Source of the DNA: Macrostomum lignano
Lineage: Eukaryota
Reading direction: 5' to 3'
Assembly: GCA_002269645.1 (NCBI GenBank)
Contig: NIVC01002376.1
Location: 115,599 to 179,598 of the forward strand
Length of the DNA: 64,000 bases
A program made the translations under genes and the position numbers. The stretch's first letter is position 1. Each line of letters starts with the position of its first letter. Shown here in pieces: positions 60,541 through 64,000 of this stretch. The notes beneath the pieces were generated by a model. The model was not told the DNA's origin. It was given only the letters and a program-made list of their open reading frames with translations, and made no database searches.

Positions 60541-63505
60541 ATGTCCCTAAAGAAGCTGAGCATTGATAATGTTGAACTGAATGGCAAGAGAGTGCTAATT
60601 CGGTAAGTTTGGCAATTCTAATCTACTTTCTGAACAATAATTTGATATGATAGTCAGTAAATATAAACTCAAATTCGTGCAATGAGTACTGCTGTTATGA
60701 TTGTTTTCAGTATGTTAATATCATTGTTAGATACACTGTACTACAGATGGATTATTAGATTCTGTATTCTGTAAGAGTGTAAGACTAAGAGTTGAGCAAT
60801 TTATTTGTAAAACTAAACAAAATATTTATGTTCCTTCTTTTTTATTTTAGAGTGGACTTCAATGTTCCAATGAAAGATGGAAAGATCACAAACAACCAAA
60901 GGTAAGTCAATATAATTTATATTTTATTTGTCAAAGTATATATTTAGTAATCTAAATTTTTATTTTCAAATGTTTTTTTATACATGTTTTATATGCTATA
61001 TGGGATCTTTTTATGAATTTATATTTCTATTAATCCAATGGTTCTTTAGTTAAGGGCTCATAAAATAATACTATTAAAATAATAGTAAAATTTGAATGTT
61101 TAAACTATATAGTTTAATTTAAAGTTTTCAATGCTAAAGAAGTATAATTTTAAAGTTAAGGATCTAGGAATGAATATAAGGTTAAGGATCTAGAAGTGTA
61201 AGGTTAAATATGTGGGAGTGTGAGGTTAATGATCTAAGAGTATGAGGTTAATGATCTAAGAGTATGAGGTTAATGATCTAAGAGTATGAGGTTAATGATC
61301 TAAGATTATAAGGTTAATGATCTAGGAGTGTGAGGTTAATGATCTAGGAGTATGAGGTTAATGATTGTAGAAGGGCTTATGTTTATTCCTAGAAAATTAG
61401 TTTGTTTCCGTGAAATTAAATTCCCGCCAAAATAATAAGTACCGTATGATTTGTTTTAATTTGTAAATTTGTTTTACTGAATAATATTTTGTTTTAATGA
61501 TGCGAAGAATTTGTTTTAGCTATTCATTTGTTTTAATGTTAGATACGTAAGCCAATGAAACAAGACTCTAACTAGTATAAATACAAGGCCAAAATAAAAC
61601 GAAACCTCAACCTTTTGGGTTCCTAATCAGTTAACAGGAAATTAAGATTTCTTGGTTCTTCTGAATTAGTCCTTTGAAGCAGTATTGCAAACTAAGTTAC
61701 CGTGTTGGACAGCAGAAAGCGTTTTGCCAGTACAGTCATACATGCGCAACAGTCGGCCGAGTCGGCCGATTCGGCCGACCGATCTGGCGGCCAACCAAGG
61801 AAGTCGCAAAAATGCCCACCCGAAAAAAAACCCAAGTAGTAGTACTAAGTAGCTGACGAGGCATTTTGGCTTGATAAGACAGTCATAGTTACTCCTGCCG
61901 TTTACCCAAAGTTGCGTTAATTTTGCTTTAGGGTTTTTTTACATGTAAGTCGCATTTTTGGCCAAAAACTACGTCGCATTTTTGGCCAAAAACTACGTCG
62001 CATTTTTGTTGAAACTAAGTCGCATGGCCGACCAAATTTCGGAGGTTGCGCATGTATGAGTACAGTGACAAGCAGGGATTGCTGATCAAAGAGGGTGGAA
62101 TACCTAGTAAAGAGGGTGGAATACCCAGTAAAGAGGGTGGAATACCCAGTACAAAGGGTGGAATACCCAGTGTAGAAGGGTTGGATTACCCAGGAAGGGA
62201 GAATTTTCAGGTTGCTCAGATTAGCGTGATGCAGTTCTAAGTCGTGAGAGACAGTAATAAAGGAAGCCGGAAACCCTCGTCTGTGGTAAACGCCGTGTTT
62301 GGACTGGATAATTTTAGGAATTTAACAGTAGTCAGCAGTGTCTTGCCGCTCGGGCACTGAAGCTACCAGGGGTAACTCGTAGTGACGATAGCCCATAATG
62401 TAAAAGTACACATAAGCATAGAAATAGGATTCTTAGAAATAGCAAATTTAGCAGTTTTAGTACAGTTCAGTGTTTAAACTTTAGAATTAAATAGAGAGAG
62501 CCAGAAGGCCTGCAACAACTTGGTGATTCAGCTGTGGAATTTTAAGCTAGAAGTAGGAACCCCTACGGCAACTTTGTGGCACTTAGTGGGATTCTGAGAG
62601 ATAGAGGAAGCAGGCCTGCTACAACTTGGTGACAAGTCGGTGGGATATTATAAACTAGCGAAGGGGCCTGCAACATGATCTAGGAGTATGAGGTTAATGA
62701 TCTAGGAATGTGAGGTTAAAGATCTGGGAGTGCAAGATTAAGGATTTAGGATTGTGAGGTTAAGGATATGGGAGTGTGAGGTTAAGGTTGGATGTGGGAG
62801 TGTGAGGTTAAAGATCTACAAATGTGAGGTTGAGGATGTGGGAGTGTGAATTTTTTAGAATATTGGAGTAAAATTTGAAATTTCACCGTGACAAAGGCAT
62901 ATACTGTACCTTTTACTTAGGAATCAGATGATGCCTAGCATGTGTAATAAAAAATCCAACACTTCTGCAATCCCGCAGAATCGTGGCTGCTCTCCCAACA
63001 GTCCGCTACGCCCTGGAGAAAGGTGCCAAGTCGGTGGTGCTGATGTCCCACCTTGGCAGGCCTGATGGCAAACCATCGGCTAAGAACTCTCTGGCCCCCA
63101 TCGCTAAAGAAGTTGAAGCCCAACTGGGCCGTCCAGTCACTTTCCTGACTGACTGCGTTGGCGCCGAGGTAGAGGCCGCCTGCGCCAACCCAGCGCCTGG
63201 CACCGTCATCCTGCTTGAGAACCTGCGCTTCCACCCCGAAGAGGAGGGCAGCGGCCTGGACGCTGATGGCAAGAAGTTCAAGCCGGAGAAGGCCGCCATT
63301 GAAGCTTTCAGGCAGTCGCTCACTCGCCTCGGCGACGTGTACATCAATGATGCCTTCGCACCGCCCATCGGGCCCACAGCAGCATGGTGGGAGTGCAGCT
63401 GCAGCAGCGCGCCTCCGGCTTTCTGATGCGCAAAGAGCTGCAGTATTTTGCCAAGGCGCTGGAGAATCCCGAGCGACCGTTTCTGGCCATTCTGGGCGGG
63501 CCAAG
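60541..63505 (+). CDS. pgk: Phosphoglycerate kinase, 5' part; exons 60541-60602, 60851-60901, 62979-63505 (two 1-bp deletions near 63358 and 63500)
   Basis: [65 protein letters not shown] after correcting the indels. Confidence 0.95.
61366..62675 (+). mobile_element. Solo LTR in PGK intron 2
   Basis: TGTAGAAG...TGCAACA with 4-bp TSD TGAT; AATAAA near 62257; internal 21-bp repeats. Confidence 0.75.
61737..62058. mobile_element. 322-bp MITE nested in the LTR
   Basis: 14-bp TIR CATACATGCGCAAC; perfect 8-bp TSD AGTACAGT. Confidence 0.88.
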
Positions 63506-63509
63506 GTGC

Positions 63510-64000
63510 TGTCAAGTGTTCTGTAGGATGGGGTCAAGTGTTCTGTAGGATTGAGAGGGGGTTAAGTTTCCTTAGGATGGGGGTCAAGTGATCTGTAGAA
63601 TGGGGGGTCAAGTGATCTGTAGGATGGGGGGTCGTGCTCTGTAGAATGAGGGGTCAAGTGTTCTGTAGAATGGGGGTCAAGTGTTCTGTAGAATGGGGGT
63701 CAAGTGTTCTGTAGAGTGGGGGTCAAGTGTTTTGTAGGATGGGGGTCAAGTGTTTTTTAGGATGGGGGTCAAGTGTTTTGTAGGATGGGGGTCAAGTGTT
63801 TTGTAGGATGGGGGTCAAGTGTTCTGTAGGATGGGGGGTCAAGTGTTCTGTAGAATGGGGGTCAAGTGTTCTGTAGAATGGGGTCAAGTGTTCTGTAGAA
63901 TGGGGGCCAAGTGTTCTGTAGGATGGGGTCAAGTGTTCTGTAGAATCGGGGGTCAAGTGTTCTGTAGGATGGGGTCAAGTGTTCTGTAGAATGGGGGTCA
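63510..64000. repeat. Approximately 23-bp intronic minisatellite GGGGTCAAGTGTTCTGTAGAATG
   Basis: Seen directly; starts just after the PGK exon 3 donor. Confidence 0.95.

Larger units (their letters stand above)
61160..62850. repeat. 22-bp intronic minisatellite (GAGGTTAATGATCTAGGAGTAT) split by an LTR into about 61160-61365 and 62676-62850
   Basis: The same unit resumes on both sides of the insertion. Confidence 0.85.

Overview
Eukaryotic, intron-containing and repeat-rich animal DNA. The style (GC-rich exons, AT-rich introns, many minisatellites, an ankyrin gene next to a Mab21 gene) suggests a flatworm such as Macrostomum; this is inference only. Host genes: a 7-exon tetraspanin (-), a Mab21/cGAS-like nucleotidyltransferase (-) with an ankyrin-repeat ORF only 125 bp upstream (probable ANK-cGLR fusion), two low-complexity orphan genes (+, one with a long SPQK repeat array) and the 5' part of phosphoglycerate kinase (+). 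The rest is mostly mobile DNA. It includes a ZNF862-like hAT transposase and a four-level nest (CCATWT MITE > CWGGG element with a Spindlin-like Tudor ORF > CCATAG hAT with transposase > 862-bp insert) whose levels are marked by 8-, 8-, 8- and 5-bp TSDs. There is also a full-length LOA-like LINE with RNase H, a piggyBac, solo LTRs and MITEs. Two 24-bp TIR-only relics with perfect 8-bp TSDs look like P-element-type excision footprints. Recurrent 1-bp deletions in homopolymers, even in PGK, suggest assembly errors, so some apparent pseudogenes may be intact. All coordinates were read by eye and no database searches were run.
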